Source of the DNA: Dendrobates tinctorius
Taxonomy: Eukaryota
DNA length: 64,000 bases
NCBI RefSeq assembly: GCF_039654945.1
Contig: NW_027361806.1
Location: 3,968,001-4,032,000 of the forward strand
Reading direction: 5' to 3'
The position numbers and the translations under genes were made by a program. This document shows, one piece after another, positions 1 to 12,301 of the stretch (position 1 is the stretch's first letter; each line of letters opens with the position of its first letter). The notes beneath the pieces are model-generated. The model ran no database searches and was not told the DNA's origin. It was given only the letters and a program-made list of their open reading frames with translations.

Positions 1-120
1 TAGGTACTGGAAAGATGTATATCTTTGTACCGTGTTAGCCAGTAGATAGAAAAATATTCAGGATTGAGAGTCCTCAGTGGTTGATACCTTTTATTGGCTA
101 ACTGAAAAGATGGTAACACA

Positions 121-161
121 TTGCAAGCTTTCGAGACTACTAAGGTGTCTTCATCAGGCTA
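121..161 (-). ncRNA. Minimal hammerhead ribozyme motif (Penelope pLTR), mutated copy
   Basis: Reverse complement reads UAGC-CUGAUGA-A-GACAC-CUUAGUA-GUCUC-GAA-AGCUU-GCAA. One mismatch in stem I and one in stem II. Confidence 0.7.
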
Positions 162-1977
162 GACTAATACAAAGTCTGAAGTCACATATTTATGCACAAT
201 ACAGCCTACAAAAAATGCAATAGATAAGACAAGTGACGTGAAGCAGAACTATCAATATGGGAGAGGGAGAAACATAAATATTAACATTGGACCAGTTCAT
301 AGATAAGGAGTCCGGATGTTTTATGGTCCTCTGATTGGGGTCTAGTTCTGTGTTGTGATGCCCCCACAAGGTTTTAAATTCCTTAATTGATGTAAAAAGA
401 CATAAATCCATGCGACACATTCATTCCAGCACTGAGAGTGTTAAAGGTCGTCATAAATTTGTACTCCCAAACTCGTCTCTCTCTCTGAGAATTGAAGTTA
501 CCTTTCAACACCAGTAATTTCATATCCATGCTGCTGTGATCAGGGATACAGAAATGTTTTGCCACAGGTAGATCCATTCTTTTTTCTCTTATTGTGTGAC
601 GATGAGAATTCATCCTTGTTCTAAGCTTTTGTCCTGTCTCCCCCACATACAGACCCCCAGTTGGACATTTAGTACAAATAATTAAGTGCACCACATTAGA
701 TGTAATGCAGGTGAAAGTACCTGGGATCTTGTAGTCCTGATGTGAATTGGGGATCTTTATCTTGTCCGTGGTCATTATAAATGGACAAGTTTTACATTTT
801 TTCTGGTTGCAAGGAAAGGTTCCTGCAGCTGTTGGAGAGGACAGGGAGCTTCTGACAATGATGCTTCTTAAATCTGGGGGCTACCTAAAGCACAGCAGTG
901 GGGGGTCTGGAAAAATGGATTTTAATCGGGCATCTTTTTGTAGTTCGTATATGTTCCAACCTCATGGATAGAGACAAACACCTTGGTCGCCTCAAAAAGA
1001 CCTTTTTGAATCAGGGTTACCATCCAAGAACAACTGAAAACCAAATTACAAGAGCCACCAGATTGTCAAGGAATCGCCTGCTACATTACAAAGCTAAAGA
1101 AGAAAATAACCGGGTGCCTCTAGTAGTCACCTACAACCCAAATCTGGAGGTGCTAAGGGGAGCTGCACGGAAATTACAACCTTTACTACAAAAAGATGCC
1201 CGATTAAAATCCATTTTTCCAGACCCCCCCACTACTGTGTTTTAGGCAGCCCCCAAATTTAAGAAGCATCCTTGTCAGAAGCTCCCTGTCCTCTCCAACA
1301 GCTGCAGGAACCTTTCCTTGCAACCAGAAAAAATGTAAAACCTGTCCATTTATAATGACCACGGACAAGATAAAGATCCCCAATTCACATCAGGATTACA
1401 AGATCCCAGGTACTTTCACCTGCATTACATCTAACGTGGTGAACTTAATTATTTGTACTAAATGTCCAACTGGGGGTCTGTATGTGGGGGAGACAGGGCA
1501 AAAGCTTAGAACAAGGATGAATTCTCATCGTCCCACAATAAGAGAAAAAAGAATGGATCTACCTGTGGCAAAACATTTCTGTATCCCTGATCACAGCAAC
1601 GTGGATATGAAATTACTGGTATTGAAAGGTAACTTCAATTCTCAGAGAGAGAGAGACGAGTTTGGGAGTACAAATTTATGACGACCTTTGACACTCTCAG
1701 TGCTGGAATGAATGTGTCGCATGGATTTATGTCTTTTTACATCAATTAAGGAATTTCCTTTTAAAACCGTGTGGGGGCATCACAACACAGAACTAGACCC
1801 CAATCAGAGGACAATAAAACATCCGGACTCCTTATCTATGAACTGGTCCAATGTTTATATTTATGTTTCTCCCTCTCCCATATTGATAGTTCTGCTTCAC
1901 GTCACTTGTCTTATCTATTGCATTTTTTCTAGGCTGTATTGTGCATAAATATGTGACTTCAGATTTTGTATTAGTCT

Positions 1978-2018
1978 TTGCCTGATGAAGAGACCTGAGT
2001 AGTCTTGAAAGCTTGCAA
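1978..2018 (+). ncRNA. Minimal hammerhead ribozyme motif (Penelope pLTR)
   Basis: UUGC-CUGAUGA-A-GAGAC-CUGAGUA-GUCUU-GAA-AGCUU-GCAA. Core intact, stem I UUGC/GCAA, 5-bp stem II, palindromic loopless stem III, CUU cleavage triplet. Confidence 0.8.
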
Positions 2019-2315
2019 TGTGTTACCATCTTTTCAGTTAGCCATTAAAAGGTATCAACTACTGAGGACTCTCAATCCTGAATATTTTTCATATATTTAG
2101 GGGTTTCTTTCCGCCTGCTAAATATTCCTCATGATTAATAGAAACACTGCCATCTTGTGGTAAATATTTGGTATTACAGTATCCCTAAATATTAGATGTT
2201 TCCATTTTACATAAACCTTTATCTTTCTGTAATCGACTCTACATGTTTTGAATATTTCCCAGGCTATATACCTGACCCGGCTTCCTCCATACCACTAGGC
2301 CTAATGTTCCTTTTA

Positions 2316-2699
2316 GGCCCCCTTCATACATCTATATAAAGACATAAAAACAGTACAGGTGTCATCAGTGTGTCTGTTTTTGCCATCCGTATTTTTCCGG
2401 TATGGATCAAGAAAGAATAAAGTTACAAAGCTTCTCCTATACTTTGCAATGTTAAACACAACAGCACAACAGACGGCACTCGGGTGACACGCTGATCCAT
2501 CCATGTGCTGTACGAGATGTTCACAGACCCATAGACTTATATTGACCCTTTTCATCTGTGCTGCCAGAAAGAAATGGACATGTCTCCATGTGGTTAACAT
2601 GGACATGTGAACAGCCCCAGAGGTTATAATGGTGTGTGAAATATGTGTGAAAAAAACAGATACCACACGTACTGGAAACACGGACTTGTGAAGGAGGCC
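2316..2699. mobile_element. PIF/Harbinger-type MITE
   Basis: TTA|GGCCCCCTTCATA...TGTGAAGGAGGCC|TTA: imperfect TIRs with a 3-bp TTA TSD. Confidence 0.7.
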
Positions 2700-3014
2700 T
2701 TAGGACTAAGACCTTTACTGCTGTCCTCTTCCGATTCATTTCTGCTTTTTGTATAATTGCTCCATAATAAAGTTTATGTTTTTTATTAATATAAATATTG
2801 GGCATATTCGTCTTTTTTTCTTATCCATAAGTTGATAATGTCATATACTACTTATGTTACACTATACAATGATACAATAGCACATTACACTATAATACAC
2901 ATATAATACAAAATACTATAGCTACTGGAGTAAATACTATACAATTTTCGAATATACTGTGCACTTTACAATAATATAATATATTAACTTATAAAGTGCA
3001 CTGAATTATAATAT

Positions 3015-3900
3015 ACACTTCTCAACAGTGAAATTGCAACACTAAGAAGGAGAAGTCATCTAATTATGGAATATCTCAATTGTTTAATTATGGAGTATAT
3101 GAGCTCCATGTGCGGAAATCCCCATCATATTTATAACCTCCGCTGCTATCAGTGAGGCAATTAATGGTCGGCTGAGGAAAGTTCTGCTGCTGAATGGACT
3201 TGTACAAATCATCAAGATCCGCTGCTGGCAGCTTCCTGTGCAATTACCGAGCAATGAAGTCCCAGATGGGAGACAAGTCTGGAGACGCTGCAGTCAGGGG
3301 AGCACGTATAGGTCACGCAGTCTGCTCACAGTATAATGAGCAACATGTGGACTGGCATTGTCATGTTGAAAAATGTCTTCTAGGACTCTTTGGAGAAATG
3401 GATGCACCATTTGCTCCATGACCAGTATCAGGAATGAGGACCAGAGGGATTCGTCTTCCGCACATTATGTCTCCAAACACCATTAATCCTGGGAGGCCTC
3501 TTGGTGGTGTTGCCCACGTAGTCTTCTGGCTAATCTACAGCTCAACTGAGACTCATCGCTGAAGAAGATAGACCTACATACCAGCCTCCACTGCCATCTT
3601 GCTCTGTTCTATGATAGTCTTTGAGAGTGGCGACGTGGGGTCAATGGTGTACCTGAAGCAGGAGAGCTGGCTTGTAGCCCAATGTTGTGCAAACCCCTTC
3701 TGATGGTTGTGTAGACACTGTTGCCTTAGGCTCGGTATGTGACATCCAAATTCAGTTGCAGTACAGAATGAATCACTGCACACAAGTCTCCAAATCTGAC
3801 AATGCGTCCATGTGATGTCCTCCTCTATGCACCTCTCATTCCAGCTTTCCGTTGTTCTCCCTAGAGGGACATGCATCATTCACCAATGCTGACATCTTGG
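3015..3900 (-). mobile_element. Possible highly decayed Tc1/mariner fragment
   Basis: TA-CACTTCTCAACAGTGAAATTGCAACAC resembles a Tc1-type terminus. No intact ORF and no second TIR identified. Confidence 0.3.
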
Positions 3901-3929
3901 TCTATGCGTATGATCTGCTGGAGTGATGC

Positions 3930-4237
3930 ACCCCATCCTGGGACTCTCCCTGGTATATATGTCTCCCATCCTGGAATATATGTCCCCCTTCCTGGTATAT
4001 ATGCTCTTTATCCTGGTATATATGTCCCCCATCCTGGTATATATGCTCTTTATCCTGGTATATATGTCTCCCTTCCTGGTATATATATCCATCTTCCTGG
4101 TATATATGTCTCCCATCCTGGTATATATGCCCTTTATCCTGGTATATATGTCTCCCATACCGGGATATATGTCCATCTTCCTGGTATATACAGTCTGTCC
4201 CCCATCCTGGTATATATGTCTCCCATCCTGGTATATA
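3930..4237. repeat. 21-bp minisatellite (CCTGGTATATATGTCYCCCAT)n
   Basis: About 14 tandem units. They generate the repetitive PGIYV ORFs. Confidence 0.9.
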
Positions 4238-4920
4238 CACTGTGTGCAGAATTATTAGGCAAGTTGTATTTGAGAGGATTCTTTTTATTATTGAACAACA
4301 ACTATGTTCTCATTCAACCCAAAAGACTCATAAATATCAAGGCTTAATAGTTTTGGAAGTTGGAGTGTTTTTTTTTTTAGATTTGGCTATCTTAGGAGGA
4401 TATCTTTCTTTTCCAGGTAACTATTACTGTGCAGAATTATTAGGCAACTTAATGAAAAACCAAATATATACCCATCTCACTTGTTTATTTTCACCAGGTA
4501 AACCAATATAACAACACAAAATTTATAAATAAACATTTCTGACATTCAAAAACAAAAAAAAAAAGCAGTGACCAATATAGCCACCTTTCTTTACGATGAC
4601 ACTCACCTTCCTTCCATCCATAGATTCTGTCAGTTGCTTGATCTGTTTACGGTCAACATTGCAATGTGCAGCAGCCACCACAGCCTCCCAGACACTGTTC
4701 GGAGAGGTGTAATGTTTTCCCTCCCTGTAGATCTCACATTTTATGAGGGACCACAGGTTCTCTATGGGGTTCAGATCAGGTGAACAAGGGGGCCATGTCA
4801 TTATTTTTTCTTCTTTTAGACCTTTACTGGCCAGCCACGCTGTGGAGTATTTGGATGCATGTGATGGAGCATTGTCCTGCATGAAAATCATGTTTTCCTT
4901 GAACGATACCGACTTCTTCC

Positions 4921-7900
4921 CAGTGGCGTAGCAACTGTTTGTGGCGCCCGGGGCGGTCGAAAAATTTGCCGCCCCTTTGGTCGTTGATAATTCGGAAGCA
5001 TCCGAAGAGCCCACACTACACTCAAAGATCTAATTTTTAGTCTGCTACTAACTCTGCTATTATTTCTAAATTTCTAGACTTTCAACTTCTTGCAGTTCTC
5101 TATATGTATGTATTAGCTTGATGATGCTGGATGAAGACCTAATGGCTTTTTTTAATACTAATTTTTAATAATGTGACAGAAAAAAAAACAGAAAGTACAA
5201 ATTATTTTGGCGGACAGGGGGCGGACACTGACAGCTTGGGGTCCCTGTGCAAGAAATGTGTCCGGGCCCCCCTCCTTTTATGGCGTCAAAGCTACGTGTG
5301 TGTATATATACATATATATATAGATTATTGATGTTATATAGCCACACACACACACATACAGGTATATATTACATAGTCTCCTTTATTATGTATATCCCAA
5401 TCCCCCACACCCCTCATTGTCCTCCTCCCCTCGCATCCCATTATTGTCCTCTCCCCCACCTCCATCATTTTCTTCTCCACCAATATCTTTGCTTTCTCCC
5501 CCACCAGTCACATCATTGCCCATTCCACCACCTCCATCATTTCCTCCTCCTCCACCACCCCCATTTATTGCCCTTTCCACCACCACCATCATTGCATTCT
5601 CACCCACAACCCCATCATTGCCCTCTCGACCATCACCCCATCATTGTCTTCTCCACATCACTGCCTTCTCCATCACCCCATCACTGCCTTCTCCCCATCA
5701 CTCCCATCATTGCCTGCTCCATCACCCCATCACTCCCATCATTGTCTGCTCCATCACCCCATCATTGCCTGCTCCATTACCCCCATCATTGCCTGCTCCA
5801 TCACGCCATCACTCCCATCATTGCCTTCTCCATCACCCCATCACTGCCTTCTCCATCACCCCATCACTGCCTTCTCCATCACCCCATCACTGCCTGCTCC
5901 ATCACCCCCATCATTGCCTGCTCCATCACCCCATCACTCCCATCATTGCCTTCTCCATCACCCCATCACTGCCTTCTCCATCACCCCATCACTGCCTTCT
6001 CCATCACCCCATCACTGCCTGCTCCATCACCCCCATCATTGCCTGCTCCATCACCCCCATCACTCCCATCATTGTCTGCTCCATCACCCCATCACTGCCT
6101 GCTCCATCACTCCCATAATTGTCTGCTCCATCACCCCATCATTGCCTGCTCCATCACCCCCATCACTCCCCTCATTGCCTGCTCCATCACCCCATCACTG
6201 CCTGCTCCATCACCCCATCATTGTCTGCTCCATCACCCCATCATTGTCTGCTCCATCACCCCATCATTGTCTGCTCCATCACCCCATCACTGCCTGCTCC
6301 ATCACCCCATCACTGCCTGCTCCATCACCCCATCACTGCCTGCTCCATCACCCCCATCATTGCCTGCTCCATCACGCCATCACTCCCATCATTGCCTTCT
6401 CCATCACCCCATCACTGCCTTCTCCATCACCCCATCACTGCCTTCTCCATCACCCCATCACTGCCTGCTCCATCACCCCCATCATTGCCTGCTCCATCAC
6501 CCCATCACTCCCCTCATTGCCTGCTCCATCACCCCATCACTGCCTGCTCCATCAACCCATCATTGTCTGCTCCATCACCCCATCACTGCCTGCTCCATCA
6601 CCCCATCATTGTCTGCTCCATCACCCCATCACTGCCTGCTCCATCACCCCATCACTGCCTGCTCCATCACCCCCATCATTGCCTGCTCCATCACGCCATC
6701 ACTCCCATCATTGCCTTCTCCATCACCCCATCACTGCCTTCTCCATCACCCCATCACTGCCTGCTCCATCACCCCATCATTGTCTGCTCCATCACCCCAT
6801 CACTGCCTGCTCCATCACCCCATCACTGCCTGCTCCATCACCCCATCACTGCCTGCTCCATCACCCCCATCATTGCCTGCTCCATCACGCCATCACTCCC
6901 ATCATTGCCTTCTCCATCACCCCATCACTGCCTGCTCCATCACCCCATCATTGTCTGCTCCATCACCCCATCACTGCCTGCTCCATCACCCCATCACTGC
7001 CTGCTCCATCACCCCATCACTGCCTGCTCCATCACCCCCATCATTGCCTGCTCCATCACGCCATCACTCCCATCATTGCCTTCTCCATCACCCCATCACT
7101 GCCTTCTCCATCACCCCATCACTGCCTGCTCCATCACCCCCATCATTGCCTGCTCCATCACCCCATCACTCCCATCATTGCCTTCTCCATCACCCCATCA
7201 CTGCCTTCTCCATCACCCCATCACTGCCTTCTCCATCACCCCATCACCGCCTGCTCCATCACCCCCATCATTGCCTGCTCCATCACCCCCATCACTCCCA
7301 TCATTGTCTGCTCCATCACCCCATCACTGCCTGCTCCATCACTCCCATAATTGTCTGCTCCATCACCCCATCATTGCCTGCTCCATCACCCCCATCACTC
7401 CCCTCATTGCCTGCTCCATCACCCCATCACTGCCTGCTCCATCACCTCATCATTGTCTGCTCCATCACCCCATCACTGCCTGCTCCATCACCCCATCATT
7501 GTCTGCTCCATCACCCCATCACTACCTGCTCCATCACCCCATCATTGTCTGCTCCATCACCCCATCACTGCCTGCTCCATCACCCCATCACTGCCTGCTC
7601 CATCACCCCCATCACTGCCTGCTCCATCACCCCATCACTGCCTTCTCCATCACCCCCATCATTGTCTGCTCCTTCACCCCATCACTGCCTTCTAGACCAT
7701 CACTCCCATCACTGCCTGCTCCATCATACACACAGACATACACACAGACATACACACACAGAGACATACATACATACATACACACATACATACACACAAG
7801 ACACCACCTCTCTCCTCTCACCTGTCCGCAGCATCGCCAGCGCTTCCTCCCTCACACAGCAGCGGCCGCTGAATGATGACGTCATTCAGCGGTGCTCCTC

Positions 7901-8114
7901 TGTGTGAAACAGGAAGCGTGGCCTCCGGGCAGGAAGCAGGACGGACCCTTGCCGCTCCGTTCCTGCTATTCACTCTTGCAGGCAGCGGAGCTGCCGTGAT
8001 CGCATCGCTCCCTGCCCGACGCTGCACTGCACTGCAGGGTGGAATTGCTGCTGCCGCGCCGCCCCCACACACATGCCGCCTGGGGCGGACCGCCCCCCCC
8101 ACGCTACGCCAGTG
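4921..8114. mobile_element. Non-autonomous hAT-type element nested in the Tc1 transposase
   Basis: 8-bp TSD CTTCTTCC at 4913-4920 and 8115-8122. TIRs CAGTGGCGTAGC / GCTACGCCAGTG (1 mismatch). No transposase. Confidence 0.85.
5600..7725. repeat. ~23-bp C-rich minisatellite (CCATCACCCCATCAYTGYCTGCT)n
   Basis: About 90 variant units inside the hAT element, followed by (CA)/(CATA) microsatellite. Confidence 0.95.
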
Positions 8115-10399
8115 CTTCTTCCTGTACCACTGCTTGAAGAAGGTGTCTCCAGAAACTGGCAGTAGGTCTGGGAGTTGAGCTTCACTCCATCCTCAACCCG
8201 AAAAGGTCCCACAAGTTCATCTTTGATTATTCCAGCCCATACCAGTACCCCACCTCCAACTTGCTGGCGTCTGAGTCGGAGTGGAGCTCTCTGCCCTTTA
8301 CTGATCCAGCCTCGGGCCCATCCATCTGGCCCATCAAGAGTCGCTCTCATTTCATCAGTCCATAAAACCTTACAAAAATCAGTCTTAAGATATTTCTTGG
8401 CCCAGTCTTGATGTTTTATCTTATGTTTCCTGTTCAAAGGTGGTCCTTTTTCAGCCTTCCTTACCTTGGCCATGTCCCTGACTACGGCACACCTTGTGCT
8501 TTTTGATACTCCAGTAACGTTGCAGCTCTGAAATTTGGCAAAACTGGTGGCAAATGACATCTTGGCAGCTTCACACTTGGTTTTCCTCAATTAATGGGCA
8601 GTTATTTTGTGCCTTTTTTATCAACACCCTTCTTGCGACCCTGTTGGATATTTGTCACGAAACGCTTGATTGTTCGGTGATCACGCTTCAAAAGTTTGGC
8701 AATTTCTAGACTGCTGCATCCCTCTGCAAGACATCTCACAATTTTTGACTTTTCAGAGTCCGTCAAATCTCTCTTCTGACCCATTTTGCCAAAGGAAAGG
8801 AAGTTGCCTAATAATTAAGCACACCTTATATAGGGTGTTGATGTCATTAGACCACACCCCTCCTCATTACAGAGATGCAAATCACCTGATTTACATAATT
8901 GGCAGTTGGCTTTCAAGCCTATACAGCTTGGAGTAGGACAACATGTGTAAAAAGGATGATGTGATCAAAACACTAATTTGCCTAATAATTCTGCACACAG
9001 TGTATTTCCCCGTTCTGCCTATGTATAATAAATCCCCGTTCTGCTCAGTTTCCTCCAATCCTACAGTGCGGCATCCTTGTCTATAACCAACATAGAGGCC
9101 GGCAGTTGACATCGGTGAACCTGCTACGGCGACATATGACGTCACTGCCATGCGCCACCAGTGCCTGGCACGCCGACATCTGATTGGCTGACAGCATGTG
9201 TTGCAGCACAGGGAGCCAGAGTGTCCGTGCACTGCAATACATTTCAGCTGAATGGGTATCCAGCTGAAGTAGTCGCTGGGGTCAGTGGGCCACCTCCAGC
9301 ATGGGCCTGGTCCCAGTCGCACCCTCTGCCACAGCGATCATTATGCCCCTACTGTGATCTGATGAATGGATCACGAGAAATCAACATTTTTCTTATATGA
9401 AAATGAGCTGAAAAGATCTCTGTGGCAGATTAAAGGGGTTATTTTCGCCATGGGGCTAATAAATTACAGGCAGGTAGTTGCTAACTATCTGCCTGATCTG
9501 CCCAGCGTTGATCTTTGCCCACTCCTATTGGTGATGCTTTGGCTTCCAGTGACACCATGGTGACAGAGCAGCTTCTTCTCTTCTGCTCTGCTCTGCTGCT
9601 GGAACGTCACTGCTGATGCCATGATGATTGAGGTCTAGTGTGAAGTTTCCTCCCGACCGTCCTCCGTCCGTGGGACATAAGGATCTAGCGATTGAAGCTC
9701 AACCTCCTGATCCTTTTGTTCTGTGGGTAGATTACGCCACTCTTCCCATAGAGAACACCGGAGCGCTCGGCCCAGGACCCCTTTATATGGAGGCTGCGGG
9801 ACGAACGATTGTTTGGAGAGCAGGTTTCTAATGGGTATGGCTGACTTTACAGTGTAGGATGGGTCAGAGCACGCGGGGGCGTTTTTTAATGCAGCAATGT
9901 AATGATAGAGATAAAGACAATGTGCGTGATGTGACACGCCGCACGAAGAGGAGTGCAGTCTATGTCCTGACACTGAGCCAAGATGGATCCTGGAGAGGTT
10001 GTCCTATATGAGCAGGGATTACACTGATTACATCCAGAAGCTGAAAACAAACAGCTCCCTGTACACTGGCACACTGTGCCAACTCCTCAGCTGTATGAAC
10101 AACATGTATAGTTACTATGATGACCTACTCTATAGGCCATCAATATCAAAGTGGTAGAAAGCCCCTTTAAATGATTATGTGTTGACTAAAGACAAGTAGA
10201 GATCTTGAAATAAAACACAAAGTTTGTTAGAAAGTTTCAAAAACTTTTCAATTTGCAAAAAATCAAGTTGTATTTACAGAAAATGTAAAATGACAACATT
10301 TCTATCAGTTGTGAATGTGATACTTGTGGAGTTGTGTGTGACAGTGTGCAGCCCCAGCCTTAAAGAGATATTCACACATGTAAATAAGGGAGCCAGACA

Positions 10400-10692
10400 C
10401 TTCTGATTGGCTAGAAGAACTTGGACTCGCCCAATTACATTAAGGATTGTGGGGGGTCAATCATTGGTTACTGAGTCACCCATTAATTTGTCATTAACCC
10501 TTGGATGTACTACCACCTCACACAGCCAGCGAGATCACTCACAAGAATGCAGGCAGAGTTATAAGATATTCTCCACCCCCCCTTCCTGTTAGTGAGATGG
10601 TACAGTCCACTTTCAAGGCATTACTGGGAGATCTCAGAGGTGACATCAGTGTGAATGAATGGTGAGGAGGATCCATATGCCCCAGCAGCAAG
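10400..10692 (+). promoter_or_regulatory. Candidate HPDL promoter and first exon
   Basis: CCAAT boxes at 10406, 10431 and 10463. TATA-like TTATAAG at 10559. Donor AAG|GTGAGC at 10692 could pair with the acceptor at 12281. Confidence 0.4.
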
Positions 10693-11714
10693 GTGAGCAC
10701 AGGATGGGGGGCACGACTGCTCTGCAAGGGGTGTTCTGGTCCCTTTTTCCACCAAAGTATTCATTTTCTTACTTTAATGCATGTATTTTGGGCAAAAAAA
10801 TTATTTTCGTAATTAGGTTTAGTTTTAAAAGTTTGCACCGTTTTCCTTCCATTGCACCATCTATTGCTGACTGCGAAATGAGTTAAATGAGAATCTGTCA
10901 GCGAGCGCCTTTCGATGGGAGAGAGTTTTTAACTCTTTTATCTCTTTTTCTAAGCTCCTCTCAGAAGAATGAGTTAACTAAGAATCTATCAGTGAACGCC
11001 ATCCGATGGTACATTTTGTAACTTGTATCTCTCTTTTTCTGATAACCTATCAGCAGCCTGAGTTAACTGAGAATCTGTCAGTGAGCGCCATCTGATCTAA
11101 AAGTTGTATTTTTTTATCTCTTTTTTTTCTGATCTCCACTCTGATTTGTGACCACAGAGGCCATCAAAGTTAAATGTGAAAGGAAACAAAAGGGGCTGTA
11201 AAAGCCAAAGGGTGCAAAATGTTTCAACTGAATCTGGCAGCAGGATTTCAACCCCCCCAATCTATTTATATGTGCATGTGGCTCTTTCAAAGACAAGTCC
11301 AGTATTGTCTTTACATGGCCAGTCCCTTCCTCCATCACTGAGAAATCAGTGTTTGAATTGATTGTAAATTAGACTGAGGAGCTATGGTAGATCTGAAGCC
11401 TCTGTTACTCCAGCTCTATTCCCAGCCTAGTGCCCTGGCCTCCTGCTTGACGGACAGCTCCTTTTTCTGAAGTCACAAAGCTGGGTGCACCGTTCTGCCC
11501 TCCGATTTTGCATGCACCTATCAGTGAGCTGATCGATGCCCTGAGCCTCTCGGCCACACGTAGGACCCATCATTCACCCTTTGGAGGCAGCGATTAGAGC
11601 ACAGACAGTGCGATTTCTGCAGTGTGTATGTCCCATGTGCTTAGTTTATAGACTGACAGATGTGCTTTAAGATCTTTTTTTAAATGCATGCCATTTAATA
11701 AGAAGTGGGAATAA

Positions 11715-12231
11715 GGCTACTTTCACACTAGCGTTTTTTTGCGCTGCGTGCACAGTCCAAACGCATGCAAAAAACGCATCAAGCGTTTTGCATGCATTTG
11801 CTTATTTTATGCGCATGCGTTTTAACCAGTTTGTTGCCATGTGAACTCTTAAGGCCCCGTCACACATAGCGATCTCGCTAGCGAGATCGCTGCTGAGTCA
11901 CAATTTTTGTGACACAACAGCGATCTCACCAGGGAGCTCGCTGTGTGTGACAGCAATCAGCCCCCCTGCCGGTATCGCTGATCGCTGCAGGAAAGGCCAG
12001 GACTTTTTTTTGGTCGCTGGTCTCACGCTGGCCACCACGCATCGCTGCGTGTGACAGGCGGGAGACCAGCGATCTGATGGTAACTAATCTACACATCGGG
12101 TATCCAAGGGACGTGCGCTCAAAAACGCTTACAAACGCTAGACCATGCGCACCCATGTTAAACATAGGGGCGCATTGCGCATGTACGCGCATGATGCGCT
12201 GGGCTAAAAAAATGCTAGTGTGAAACCAGCC
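11715..12231. mobile_element. PIF/Harbinger-type MITE containing a second MITE fragment (~11852-12110)
   Basis: TAA|GGCTACTTTCACACTAGC...GCTAGTGTGAAACCAGCC|TAA. Internal TAA-GGCCCCGTCACACA terminus. Confidence 0.75.
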
Positions 12232-12301
12232 TAAATCTCATCCAGATGTAAAGCTCACCTCCTTCTCCTGTTGTGTTTCAGCCGATACTCCCCCCTGCAC
12301 C

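Larger units (their letters stand above)
26..2090. mobile_element. Penelope-like retroelement, inverted (palindromic) insertion of two 3' fragments
   Basis: Minus-strand arm (~26-944) and plus-strand arm (~1185-2090) are near-identical inverted repeats around a ~240-bp spacer. ORFs 383..775(-) and 1355..1681(+) encode a GIY-YIG endonuclease (CITSNVV.LIIC..C....LYVGETGQKLRTRMNSH). ORF 898..1245(+) resembles the RT C-terminus/linker (RICS...FLNQGY...PLVVTYNP). Confidence 0.9.
4238..9002 (-). mobile_element. Tc1-like DD37E (TRT-type) transposon, frameshifted and split by a nested insertion
   Basis: TA-flanked TIRs CACTGTGTGCAGAATTATTAGGCAA at 4238 and 9002, with an inner direct repeat at ~4428. 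Transposase pieces: 8784-8602 (MGQKRDL), 8590-8123 (VLWTDE), 4920-4523 (MQDNAPSH...SPDLNPIE, 37 aa between D and E). Length is 1563 bp after removing the insert and one TSD. Confidence 0.9.

Noticed and set aside
3871-4347. PGIYV-repeat ORF
   Set aside because: Translation of a 21-bp minisatellite.
5118-5150. Other CTGATGA-like sites (here, and ~9359, 20261, 32589, 42788, 57539) as hammerheads
   Set aside because: No stem II followed by GAAA and a cleavage triplet.
5247-7907. Long His/Pro/Ser-rich ORFs (886, 585 and 568 aa)
   Set aside because: Produced by a stop-poor minisatellite open in all three frames inside a non-autonomous transposon.
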